Notes under the pieces: model-generated | What the model was told of the DNA's origin: nothing | Databases searched by the model: none | The model's input: the letters and a program-made list of their open reading frames with translations, nothing else | In this document: in pieces, positions 37,251 through 49,640 of the stretch | How the letters are laid out: every line of letters begins with the position of its first letter | How positions within the stretch are numbered: position 1 is the stretch's first letter | Program-made: the position numbers and the translations under genes | NCBI GenBank assembly: GCA_002269645.1 | Contig: NIVC01000041.1 | Coordinates: forward strand, 372,001 to 436,000 | DNA length: 64,000 nucleotides | From: Macrostomum lignano | Taxonomy: Eukaryota | Direction: 5' to 3'

Positions 37251-38269
37251 CACTCACGCACCAGCCAGTAGTTACTGTGTCAAAAAGGCAAGGACCCTAA
37301 AGCATGCCTGTGCACATGTAATCAGTGGGCCATTTTCCAACTAATAAATTGTTTGTCCAATAAATTATTTTCTCTATAATTTAATTATAACGTGTGATAA
37401 ACAAAATTTGCGACACCACATTAAAGCCGTTATGGCTGACTGAAGAAGTAATGCAGTAATTATGAGCTGTATAATGACTTGCCTCAGGCTTGCGACGCTA
37501 ATGGCGGACGGCGGCGGCAACCCTTTGATCTCCTACCCCCTTCGTTCCTAAAGTATTTTATTTGCTGACTGCGCACCGCACTAACATTCTCCACGCATCC
37601 AGCTCGGTGTGTCTCAACACTAAAGCAGTTCAAATAGAGATTAATTCTCCTATAGATTAGGCCTAGCACGCACTATTATTTATCGAAATATTGAAACACA
37701 GAGGTTTAAAAAGCTAGGTTAGAAAGGAATTTATTCGAATTGGCGGCAGGCATCAAAGGGAAGGGTGGGGAGAGAGACAGACCCTTAAGAATATAGCGGC
37801 TGTGAGAAATTCAACTTCAATAAAATCGAAATTAATTATATTCAGACCATTAGGCATTTGAGAAGTGGCATTGGTATCTGCTTTTCTTTCCACAGGCGTA
37901 TTTCTGTCCCGTTACGAGCGTAAGGCGGTGCATTTAAATTTTATGATTTTATAATCCTTTCGGTGACTTTCGCTTGGCCAAAGATTTGCTCTTTTATTGC
38001 AAGTGACTGACTTAAGAAACCCCCCTTTTTGGGGGTTGTAAATGCATTCTTGGTGTAGAAAGCGTGACAGTTTTATTAGTTTCTAGTGCTCCGTAGCTTC
38101 GTCTTAGGAATATTTATATTGCGAATGTGGACGGAAGGAGTTGGCATTGACACCTAACATGCGTCTGTGTTCTATGGAATTAAGCTGTAAATAATGAACT
38201 CAAAAATTTACCGCTGAGTCCTAATTTCCTGACTGTACGAGTATTTGTGCAGCTTCAAAGATACTTAGA

Positions 38270-38570
38270 ATAAGATTCCTAGAAAAATATTTCCAGAAAA
38301 GGATTCTCAGAAACATATTCCTAGAAAAATATTCCCAGAAAAGGATTCTCAGAAACATATTCCTAGAAAAATATTCCCAGAAAAGGATTCTCAGAAACAT
38401 ATTCCCAGAAAAATATTCCCAGAAAAGAATTCCTAGAAAAATATTCCTAAAAAATATTCCCAGAAAATATTTCTAGAAAAAGATTCCCCTAAAATAGTTT
38501 CCAGAAAAGGATTCCTAGAAAAAGATTCCCAGAAAAAGATTCAATAGAAAAATATTTCCAGAGGATTCCT
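38270..38570. repeat. Degenerate 14-bp repeat (ATTCCTAGAAAAAT) with a 42-bp higher-order unit
   Basis: Direct reading. Confidence 0.85.
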
Positions 38571-40043
38571 ACGAGTGACGGAGTCTTTCCTACGATTCCT
38601 ACGAATATTTTTCTAGGAATCTTTCGTGGAATCGAGGAGCAAAATTAAAAAAATCAATATTTTGCTGCAACTAGATTAATTTAAAATAGTTCAGTAAATG
38701 GCAGCTCGTGTAAAATGTATGCAATAAATCTATTAGTATTCCCTACAGATTCCGAATCCATAGGAATCTTAAGTCTTAGCGGCTGGTGAAACATTTAACG
38801 ATGCGTCATGCGTCACACTCCGCCTTGAGCACGGCACGAGCCCCGAGGCCTCCAAGGCTTTCTTTGTCTTTTCTCAATTCACCACGGACAAGCTGACAGA
38901 CACAACAGGGGGTGCAGGGATCGATTCAATTCTCCTGGTCGCCCCCTTTTTTATCGCAATTTTTTATAGATGAGAGGAGATAATCGAGCACATGCGATTG
39001 CGAAGGAGCAAGGTGAAAAATATGTCTGCACAGGACAATACAGTGGCTCTTGGATCGTAGATTTTTTATAGTCAGGCTTTGAGTCAGAGGGGATCAATCT
39101 ATATTAGGGATATTGTGGGATGCTATATATAGATTATTTCTGTTCACACCACCTTCGCTTCTATAGGTCCCAACCCAAGCAACTGCAGGACGCTGATAAA
39201 AATTGCCAGATAGAACCGCCTCGAGCGATGAAGGAAGCTGTGTTATAGGGCCCAGCATATTGTGGCTTTGATTAAAGTTTTTTTTCGGAAGCGAATCCCC
39301 CTCAGCATTTCCTTTCTTTTAACTCTCTGCTTTCGGCTCTTTCGTGTTTCTTTGGTTCCATTATTCTTTCTTTCTTGTCTCATTATCGCCTCGCAGCTAT
39401 GCCCCCCCAGGGTCCAAATCCCCTCTGGCGCCGGGCCCTAATTCCCTATTCCCTTTGTTCTTTGCACAGTTTATATAAAAACTTTCTCCCTATGCGTGCT
39501 GTCTCTTTGTGTCCCAAAAATCCTAGCAGAGTGTAATCCTCAAAGCCTCAACAATGATTGCACCTTTATCATAAGCAGCCCGGGGCCCGCGCATGCAGGC
39601 AGGCCCCATATGGAAATACAACACCTGCTTTTTGGACTGCCCATGGGGAAAATGACAGTTTACGTATTAGAGATTCTATAGGCATCGATTCCAATCAGAA
39701 CTCTTTCAGTGTCCTCTAAAACCTTGCAGGGACTTCTGTATGAGACTGTCTGAACTCTGGATCGGGGTTTGTTTAAATCGCAAACAGAGTTCTCCTTAAG
39801 TAGTTGAGTCTTAGCAAAGATCTGTAGCATAGATCCATGCTTGATAATAGTGTTCTTGACTTGCAATACCCAATGTTGTCTCTGAGGAGGAGTATGTTAC
39901 AGATTTAAATCTTTAGACAGTGCTCAAAATGCGCTGTGGTCGCGAGTTCTCAACCGTGCTCACGAGCATTGTCCCTTGATATTGAACAGATATTCTCAGG
40001 GGGCTGTGAATCCTGTGATGCCTTCGACGGCAATTCATGCCCA

Positions 40044-40135
40044 TTCCGCTGAGTCCTGAGCACATGCAAGCGCTCCGATACTGTACTCAGGCACGCACTC
40101 ATGCACACAACTCACACAGGGTGTACACCGGCCCT
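40044..40135 (-). mobile_element. Second copy of the SINE body seen at 8813-8904
   Basis: TTCCGCTGAGTCCTGAGCACATGCAAGCGCTCCGATACTGTACTCAGGCACGCACTCATGCACAC...GTGTACACCGGCCCT aligns by eye to 8813-8904. Confidence 0.7.
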
Positions 40136-41171
40136 TTGACCCTCTCGCTTTGCATTTCACATTGTTTCTCTTTCACTCTGGGCCACCACAACATCTCTGA
40201 GCCTCTTCAATAGCTGTCTTATTTTCCTAATGTTCACCTCGAACACTGAGGTCGAACACGCAGGAGGGCAATCGTCAGTCATCTTCATTTAGCTCCCCAC
40301 CCAAATTGTGTGGGTGTTTAGAAACGAGTGATCATTCATTCAAAGATTGACTATTAGCTGTTAGCACCACTTCACTTTATAGCCCCCCCCCCGAGATTGG
40401 GAGGGAGATGCAGGTCAGACTCCCATCTCTCCATTAAACCTTCCGCCCTGGTCCACCCTGCGTAAACATTCAATAAGAAGGGAGGGGGGCGTCGACGCAA
40501 TGCAACGAAGTGGACAGACAGAGGAGCACGGAGAGAGGAGAGAGAATGCGTGGCGCACCAGTTATGCAATCATTGCGACAGTCACAGCTGGGAGTGCCCG
40601 AGTGAGCACCCCTGGACCGCCCTCTCCTCGGACTTGCCGACCTCCCACGTATATATAGGCACACACGCAGGGCATGTGGGCCCCGGGTAGAGAGACGAAT
40701 ACATATTATATATATATAAATTATTTCTCACTGTTCCACGTTATATATTTGCGAGCGCATGCGTGCACCCCCCCCTTCGATTCCCAATGCGGTCCATTTG
40801 CCCCAATGCCGACACCTACTTATATATAGATAGATAATAGACCGAGCCGATTTTCCACGGCACGCACTCCCTTATCCCCCCCCCCCCTTCTATCTGCCAT
40901 CTCGAAGCCGAACGAAGAAGCCCGTTGGGAAAAGTCGACTTTAACATTGGTGAAGACAAATTTGCCAGTTTGCAATATTAGGCCTGGCACATTCTCTCTC
41001 TCTCTGCGCGTATATTAGGGACTTATCTTGACGCGTCCCTAATCAAGTCCCGAATCCCGCTTGCCTCCTACTTACCAGCGGCAAAGTTGCAAAGTAGATA
41101 TCAAAGAGGACTGACTCCATCAAAGCCTACGCTAAAAGTGTATTAATAAGCAATTCACCTACCTGGAGCAG

Positions 41172-41375
41172 GTGTATTCCGAGGAGAAAATCGAACGAAG
41201 TCTGGCGGCAGCGGCGGCTGCGGCAGTTGCAGCAGCAGCAGCAGTCGATCAGCGGGGCACCGCCGAACCGGAGGCGCCCGCCAGCTGCTGCCGGACCCTG
41301 ATCCTTCGGCGGCAGCGGCCCGACACGCCCTGGGGCTTCACCATCGCTGGCGGAGGCAGTTTGGTGGACTTTCGG
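41172..41375 (+). CDS. PDZRN3/4: PDZRN3/4-Slip1 family protein, first recognisable coding exon (start of PDZ1); 5' boundary uncertain
   Basis: RTLILRRQRPDTPWGFTIAGGGSLVDFR (PDZ beta-A/beta-B); donor CGG|GTGAGC at 41375/41376, phase 0. In-frame TAA at 41133 and no ATG between it and the PDZ. Confidence 0.7.
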
Positions 41376-41419
41376 GTGAGCCATTTTTGGATGATGCGCT
41401 TCACTGGACTGTCAATTGG

Positions 41420-41880
41420 CCCAGATCCTCTGTTGCTGAGCCTCCGCACCCTCCCAGATCCTCTGTTGCTGAGCCTCCGCACCCTCTCAGATCCTCTGTT
41501 GCTGAGCCTCCGCACCCTCCCAGATACTCAGTTGCTGGGCCAGCCTCTCAAATCCTCAGTTTCTGGGACAGCCTCTCAAATCCTCAGTTTCTGGGACAGC
41601 CTCTCAAATCCTCAGTTGCTGGATCACTACTGCTACTGCCCTCTCAGATCCTCAGTTGCTGGGCAAGCCTCCCAGATCCTCAGTTGCTGGATCACTACTG
41701 CTACTGCCCTCTCAGATCCTCAGTTGCTGGGCAAGCCTCCCAGATCCTCTGTTGCTGGGTCACCGCACCTTCCCAGATCCTCAGTTGCTGAGCCATCCTC
41801 CCAGATCCTCAGTTGCTGAGCCAGCCTCGCAGATCCTCAGTTGCTGGGCCACCCTCCCAGATCCCCAATTGCTGGGCCGC
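41420..41880. repeat. Degenerate ~33-bp minisatellite (CCCAGATCCTCAGTTGCTGAGCC...) in PDZRN intron
   Basis: Direct reading. Confidence 0.9.
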
Positions 41881-42887
41881 CGCCACTCTCTCACAAAAGC
41901 TGATGATAACAAAATCAAAAAAATAATTAGTAATCGTAATACCAAGAAAATATAACCAGCTAACACTAATGAAAGCTCGCTTATACCGTTATATTGTACA
42001 TGTAAACAGTAAGCTATTAATTTACTTAGCCAGCAGACTGAAAATCTTAGTCACACCCAGTGCTGCAATTTTACGAGTATTCATGTACACCATAACTAAA
42101 TGCAGAGAACCGACAATCAATACATTTTCTGTCTCTCGCTGGGCCAAAAAAATTGTCAAGTGGCGACACAGGAGGCTGCAGGCCAGGAGAGAGGGGAGCG
42201 GCATCAGTGGCGGCATCGCTCTTTGATCTTTTGCGCCGGGCGTGACGTAATCAAGCTCTCCCTCTCTCTCTGTCCCCACTTCACTATGCTGAAACCCACT
42301 GTCATTACTTGTGTTAGCTAAGATTTCGGAAAGTCAACGCCAAAGATGGGCGCCAGAGCGTACAAGTTTATATAGTTATATAATTATTATTATGACTATT
42401 ATGGCTTGCATTCGCCTGTCTGAGCCTGTCTCAAGTCGGTGGCTTATAGATCGATTGTCCGGCTGGTTCAAGGCCTGTTCAAGTGGTCCGGAGGGTCCTC
42501 CAAGCTACTTGATTCATCTGCTGCTGCTGCCGCTGCTGTTGCTGCTGCTGCTGCGGCACGGCCGTTCTCTGCGCTATGCCTGGTCTCCGATGCTTATCAG
42601 CAGGGAGCTCAGGGCTTTTTGAGAGAGCGAGAGAGAGAATAAATTTCCTGCCATGGTGGGGGCCAGGGGGTTTGTATGCACATGTAACCGCTTTATGGGT
42701 AGGCGTGGCTTGATCCTATTCAGGTAGGGGGTGCTGGATTAGTGTGCTTTTTATGTAAAATCCTCTGACGGCTTTATTGAGCTTTAAAACTATGTTGAGA
42801 ACGGTGCGTGCCATGATTTGGCTGATGGAAACACAGACGCTGACAGCCCTGTGGCAGATTACTTTAATGCATTGCAGTCACTTTCAG

Positions 42888-43002
42888 TGCCAGACTCTGA
42901 CTGAGAACAGCAGTGCCAGACTGACACCAGCAGTGCCAGACTGACAACAGCAGTGCCAGACTGACAACAGCAGTGCCAGACTGACACCAGCAGTGCCAGA
43001 CG
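42888..43002. repeat. ~20-bp minisatellite (CAGCAGTGCCAGACTGACAC), about 5 units
   Basis: Direct reading. Confidence 0.85.
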
Positions 43003-43097
43003 CTGAAGTGTCCGCATGTTTTAAGAAAAGATAATAAGATTAGTTTAAGATTTAGCTTCAAACTAATTCGTAATATTTTATTTTGCGCGACCCTCAG

Positions 43098-43205
43098 AAT
43101 CCGCAGCTGCATCGACCGGTCAACGCGGCCGAAGTTGTGACCAAGGTGACCAGGGACTCGCCGGCCTGGACTGCCGGCATGCGACAGGGCGACTGTATTC
43201 AGTGT
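43098..43205 (+). CDS. PDZRN3/4: PDZRN3/4-like exon (middle of PDZ1)
   Basis: ccctcag|AAT...TGT|GTGAGT; 108 nt, NPQLHRPVNAAEVVTKVTRDSPAWTAGMRQGDCIQC completes the PDZ between the flanking exons in phase 0. Confidence 0.85.
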
Positions 43206-44409
43206 GTGAGTAGCCTTCTGAGCTGTCTTATGAGCTAGATGACTAGAGAATGTCAAGGACCCCGATGGATATGTCTGTAGTACATTTTTGTATGATAAAC
43301 TTACAGATGTTTGAGTAAGTGGAACTGTTGATACTGCAGACATGGCGAAGAATTTAAAGAAAACTTTCAAATAAACTTCAGAGAAATTCTGCTCTGAAAC
43401 CATCTGGAAGCCTTTCACGAACTGACCGTTGTATCGGGGAACTGTCTTTCAGAAAATCCCCTCCCCTGGGAAAACGGCCTCCTGATGCCTTCTGCTGCAG
43501 TGGACTTGTCGCTCCAATATTTTAGTTCCAGCTCTCCCTGTCCCTGGCAAAACCAGAGAAGACAACACAGAACAAAGACTGGCTGCCATGTGTGGCTAGG
43601 AAAAAAACACATTTTTCAAGCCCGCCTCCACCAAAATCAAGAGCTGCAGGAGAGGTGTGGCAGGAAGTAGGAAAGAACCGCCCCAGTTTAGCTCAATTTG
43701 TCATGCGTCACACCTGGAGTGCAGTGAGTACAGTGAGCACAGGAGAGATGAAAGAAGGAACCAGTGTCGGTTAATTTCGTTTGATCTTCGGGCTTTTTTT
43801 TCTGTTTCTTTCTCTGCTGCCGCCGCCGCCGCCCCATACTTGGTCTCGTGTCTTCTTTCTCTTTTCTCCCAACTCTGGGTTTTGAGAATCTTTTTTTATC
43901 AGCAGCAAATTTCCTTCAGAAAAAAAGACAGAGGACTGATTTTTATCCTTTCTTTGTCAGGCTTGAAGACCCTTGTGAAGGATAAGAGTAAAAAAAATAT
44001 TTGACAAAAAATCTGAGATTTCAACCCCCTCCCCAATTCTTTAAGAAATCTTGAGTCAGATCTGAAGGGATTAATATTTCTCATAAATTTTAAAAGTTTT
44101 TTAAAGATTACGTAATGTCGAGGGGCGGAGCAGAGCCGGCGGTTCCCTCAATTTAAATTAAATAAAAAAGCCGTCTATGAAGGCCTCCTTCCTGTAATAA
44201 AATGGCCAAGCTGTTTTATTCGGGCAGTCGCAAATCTGCTTTTTGGTGGCAATTTATGAGTTGATAGAATTAGCAATATCAATTTCGAATTAGGAAAAGC
44301 TAATTCAAAGTTTGGACAACCTTCCTTCAGTTTCAATTTTCGGTGCTCTGCATTTTCAGTGTTCGCTGATGTTTAAACTGGGGTAATTGTGGAGTGCTGT
44401 AGAGATGCT

Positions 44410-44848
44410 GCAGGTTACGTAATCGGGTGCAGATGCTGTACTGTAAGAAGGGGCTGTAGATCCTGTAAGAAGGTGCTGTATAGATGCTGTAAGAAAATGC
44501 TGTAGATTATGTAAGAATAGGCTATAGATGCTGTGAGAAGGTGCTGTAGATGCTGTAAGAATGTGCTGTAGATGCTGTAAGAAAGTGCTGTAGATACTGT
44601 AAGAAAGTGCTGTAGATGCTGTAAGAAAGTGCTGTAGATACTGTAAGAAAGTGCTGTAGATGCTGTAAGAAAGTGCTGTAGATACTGTACTGTAAGAAGG
44701 GGCTGTAGATACTGTAAGAAAGTGCTGTAGATGCTGTAAGAAGAAGGGGCTGTAGATGCTGTAAGAAGGGGCTGTAGATACTGTAAGAAAGTGCTGTAGA
44801 TGCTGTAAGAATGGGCTGTAGATACTGTAAGAAAGTGCTGTAGATGCA
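44410..44848. repeat. 22-bp minisatellite (GTGCTGTAGATGCTGTAAGAAA)
   Basis: Direct reading. Confidence 0.93.
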
Positions 44849-45669
44849 TTAAATTCTGCAGATTCTGTAAAGTAATTTTACTGAGTGGATGATCCTGCCA
44901 CCTGTTCCCGTTCTAGTGTCACCTGACGAATAACGTGATCAAAAGTAAAATAAAAATAATTCACCCAGTCATGAACTCATCTGCAAAAGCAAGTAATTAA
45001 ACGCAGAATTAATAATTAAAGAAAATTAGACCGTTGGGAATTTGGCGAGAGGTACAGTCGATAAGCTGATAACCTGTCCACCTGTCCAATTAAGTCTAAT
45101 TACAATTTGACAAGGCCAAGTTCTCAACTATAGCAAGTGAAATGTCAGATTTTTTAGGTTTTTTAGCTCAAAAAGGCTACGCTAGTGGTGACCTTAGTTT
45201 TATAGCCCCCCGCCCGAGCCTGGAACTTGTCGGCATTCTTCAAAGAGTGAACTGAACACGAGAAATTTCAGTAATACTCCTCCTGCCTGTGTTTCTCATT
45301 AAGGCCCTGTCTGAGTGTAACTGTGCCCCCATTGCGCCTTTGGCAGCACTGGAAGCTCAAGTGTTGCCCTCTAAGCCTAACAAACGGACAATAAATTTTT
45401 TATTAGCAAGAAAAAAATAGCAACCATTACAATTGCTATTAGCTGCTTGGGGTCACAGAAAGGCAACGGGGGGGGGGGCACTTGACCCGCCTCTTGTGGC
45501 TAATAATTCTCTTCTCAACACTGCTGACGGTGCACAGCGTTTGACGGCTCTCGAGACACCCAGATGCCTGCGTTTCTGTGAACGCTGAAGGCTTCGTCAG
45601 GTGAAGAAAACCTCAGAAATCTGTGCACACTAAAAGATCAAGGCCTAGGGGAGGGTGCTACGGCGTCAT

Positions 45670-45975
45670 GGTTCTATGGCGCCCCTGGTGCTATGGCGCC
45701 CCTGGTGCTATGGCGCCCCTGGTGCTATGGCGCCCCTGGTGCTATGGCGCCCCTGGTGCTATGGCGCCCCTGGTGCTATGGCGCCCCTGGTGCTATGGCG
45801 CCCCTGGTGCTATGGCGCCCCTGGTGCTATGGCGCCCCTGGTGCTATGGCGCCCCTGGTGCTATGGCGCCCCTGGTGCTATGGCGCTCCTGGTGCTATGG
45901 CGCCCCTGGTGCTATGGCGCTCCTGGTGCTATGGCGCCCCTGGTGCTATGGCGCCCCTGTTGCTATGGCGCCCCT
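45670..45975. repeat. 17-bp minisatellite (GCTATGGCGCCCCTGGT)
   Basis: Direct reading. Confidence 0.95.
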
Positions 45976-46664
45976 AAAGGAATCGTTGATCGCGTCCATA
46001 AACTCGCTGTGGAAAATTTCAAATTAAATCTCCGCAGTTCTCTGCAGGATTTATAGCACTACTTCGAGTAGTTTTAAAGCCTATTGCTCCTTAGTTATGT
46101 ATGCCCAGTTCAGAATCGGGCCAATCGCTGGTAATGGCAAATAGCAGGAGTATCAGGCCAAGAGAGAGAGAGAGCGCGCTTGTGCCAGAAACAGAGAAGA
46201 CCAACAGTCAAAGGCGACTCGCTCAGTTCTGGCATGGCTTCAGAAGAGTTATAGTTTTTCTTAGTTTTCTTTTAGGAAAGGTTCACAGGCCAATTGAAGC
46301 ACAGTACAGTCTCAGCTACTGCAGGTAATCCAGGGGCCCAGAGATAAACGAACTGGCCTGACCAGACCGAGCTGCAAAACTTTGAGAGCCGGCAGTCTAT
46401 TGGAAAAAACTAAGTTAAAAGCCTACTGAGCAAGTCTCACAATGTTTTTGTTAAAATGGTGACACTTCTGTAAATACTGTGACCTGAGCATCGGACAAGA
46501 GCTAGGTCACGCCAACATGACTCGGTTGGGAGAGCTCAATGTACTTTCAGATATGTCATAGCTTCCTTCAGTTCGCCATTCTCTCGCTTGGTCGGGATGG
46601 AATTCTTCGTTTTAAAGGTAAGAAATACTCAGTACTTTTCGTTGGTTTGAATGCCTTCTTCGAT

Positions 46665-47140
46665 TTTACTGTTCACTATACTGTTCACTCTATCTTCACT
46701 CTATCTTCACTCTATCTTCACTCTACCATTCACTCTACTGTTCACTCTACTGCTCACTCTATCTTCACTCTACCATTCACTCTACTGTTCACTCTACTGC
46801 TCACTCTATCTTCACTCTACCATTCACTCTACTGTTCACTCTACTGCTCACTCTATCTTCACTCTACCATTCACTCTACTGTTCACTCTACTGCTCACTC
46901 TATCATTTCTCTTTACTCTTTCTCTTTCTCTTTCTCTTTACTCTATCATTCACTCAACTGTTCACTCTACTGTTCACTCTATCTTTCACTCTACTGTTCA
47001 CTCTACCATTCACTCTACTGTTCACTCTATCTTTCACTCTACTGTTCACTCTACTGTTCACTCTACTGTTCACTCTATCTTTCACTCTATCTTTCACTCT
47101 ACTGTTCACTCTATCTTCATTCTATCTTCACTATATTTTT
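46665..47140. repeat. Degenerate 12-bp repeat (GTTCACTCTACT / TTCACTCTATCT)
   Basis: Direct reading. Confidence 0.9.
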
Positions 47141-47769
47141 CATCCTATTATCGCTTAGTTGCCAAGCCAACCAAGAAGTGAAATAATAACTCTGACTTTG
47201 TAATAAATTTTTCTCTCACGAACCAGCGAGTTCCACTCGACAAACTGAACAGAAAATTTATGCCTTGACCAACGCTGGCAGTTCCTCTCCCACTCTTCCC
47301 TAAGCCGCAAATCCCCCAGCCTAATCAGCTATTAATAGTGTTTGCCGCGGCCGTGAAATATTGCTTTGCTAAAAGAACTTTCTGCCAACAAGCATCAGAT
47401 CCTTAGTCTCTCTTCTGTGCTCAAGGTGAAGAATAGCTCAGGGGCTATTGGTATTGTCGAGTCAGCTGTCTCCCATCAGAATAATGAAGCAGTCGGCCAT
47501 CCTGTCAATCAGGGCCTGGGATGACCGGTAATTTAGTCACCCAGGTTCTTCTACAGCCAATTTAAATGTGCCCATCTGCTCTGCCAGTCTCTCTTCTAGA
47601 AGAACAGGAAGTTTGTCTTCATCAGCCGCATGCATGGTTTGGACAATCAAGGGCTTGCTTTTTTCACGACACGCAAGTGTCCTATTGCATGCGGCCTTTG
47701 ATTCACATGCTTGGCGTCTTGGGGTTTGCTTTCTTAGAAATAGGGCGGGCTTTTCTGCTGCTTTTTTCT

Positions 47770-48612
47770 CTACTGTTCACTCCGCTTTTCACTTTACTGT
47801 TCACTACTGTTCACTCTACTGTTCACTCTACTCTACTGTTCACTATACTGTTCACTCTGCTGTTCACTCTACTCTACTGTTCACTCTACTCTACTGCTCA
47901 CTCTACTGTTTACTCTACTGTTCACTCTACTGTTCACTCTACTCTACTGTTTACTCTACTGTTCACTCTACTGTTCACTCTACTCTACTGTTCACTCTAC
48001 TCTACTGCTCACTCTACTGTTTACTCTACTGTTCACTCTACTGTTCACTCTACTGTTCACTCTACTCTACTGTTCACTCTACTCTACTGTTCACTCTACT
48101 CTACTGTTCACTCTACTGTTCACTCTACTCTACTGTTTACTCTACTGTTCACTCTACTCTACTGTTCACTATACTGTTCACTCTGCTGTTCACTCTACTC
48201 TACTGTTCACTCTACTCTACTGCTCACTCTACTGTTTACTCTACTGTTCACTCTACTGTTCACTCTACTCTACTGTTTACTCTACTGTTCACTCTACTGT
48301 TCACTCTACTGTTCACTCTACTGTTCACTCTACTGTTCACTCTACTGTTCACTCTACTGTTCACTCTACTGTTCACTCTACTGTTCACTCTACTGTTCAC
48401 TCTACTGTTCACTCTACTGTTCACTACTGTTTACTCTATCGTTCACTCTATTCTTTAAGCTATTGTTCACTCTATCTTTCACTCTATCTTTCACGCTACT
48501 GTTCACTCTATCCTTCACTCTATCTTTCACGCCACTGTTCACTCTATCGTTCACTCTACTGTTTACTCTAATGCTCACTCCACTGTTCACTCTATCGTTC
48601 ACTTTATCATTC
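47770..48612. repeat. Second 12-bp CTGTTCACTCTA array with extra CTCTA units
   Basis: Direct reading; same family and orientation as 46665-47140. Confidence 0.9.
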
Positions 48613-48857
48613 GATAGAGAGCAAACTCTGTGGAGGATTCGAGGGTATTGAGTGACAGGTAAAGTATTAAACTAACAAGGACCTTCTGACAGTTGCTGTG
48701 TAATCAATCATTTTCCTGAAGATCTGTCTAACGATTTTGGAATGAAAAACCACTGGCTACTCTTCCTGCTGGATCTGAGCATTCTCGGTTGCTTTATCCA
48801 AGATTCATGCACTTTTGTGTACAGCTTCGGGAGGCTCGAATCTCGGTAATGTCTGAT

Positions 48858-49640
48858 AGGAGCTTCAGTAGGTTGTCTTGTTGGAATCTCAGTAGGTTAT
48901 CTTGCTGGAATCTCAGTTGGTCATCTTGCCGGAATCTCAGTAGGTTATCTTGTCGGAATCTCAGTAGGTTATCTTGTTGGAATCTCAGTAGGTTATCTTG
49001 CCGGAATCTCAGTAGGTTATCTTGTCGGAATCTCAGTAGGTTATCTTGCTGGAATCTCAGTAGGTTATCTTGTTGGAATCTCAGTAGGTTATCTTGCCGG
49101 AATCTCAGTAGGTTATCTTGTCGGAATCTCAGTAGGTTATCTTGCTGGAATCTCAGTAGGTTATCTTGTCGGAATCTCAGTAGGTTATCTTGTTGGAATC
49201 TCAGTAGGTTATCTTGTTGGAATCTCAGTAGGTTATCTTGCTGGAATCTCAGTAGGTTATCTTGCTGTAATCTCAGTAGGCTATCTTGTTGGAATCTCAG
49301 TAGGTCATCTTGCTGGAATCTCAGTAGGTTATCTTGTTGGAATCTCAGTAAGTTATCTTGCTGGAATCTCAGTAGGCTATCTTGTTGGAATCTCAGTAGG
49401 TCATCTTGCTGGAATCTCAGTAGGTTATCTTGTTGGAATCTCAGTAGTTTATCTTGCTGGAATCTCAGTTGGTCATCTTGCTGGAATCTCAGTAGGTTAT
49501 CTTGTTGGAATCTCAGTAGTTTATCTTGCTGGAATCTCAGTTGGTCATCCTGCTGGAATCTCAGTAGGTTATCTTGTTGGAATCTCAGTAGTTTATCTTG
49601 CTGGAATCTCAGTAGGCTGTCTTTCTGGAATCTCAGTAAG
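48858..49640. repeat. 24-bp minisatellite (GGAATCTCAGTAGGTTATCTTGYY)
   Basis: Direct reading. Confidence 0.95.

Noticed and set aside
42311-42642. Poly-Ala/Leu-containing ORFs in PDZRN intron 1 as an extra exon
   Set aside because: No usable donor or domain similarity; the flanking exons already join in phase.
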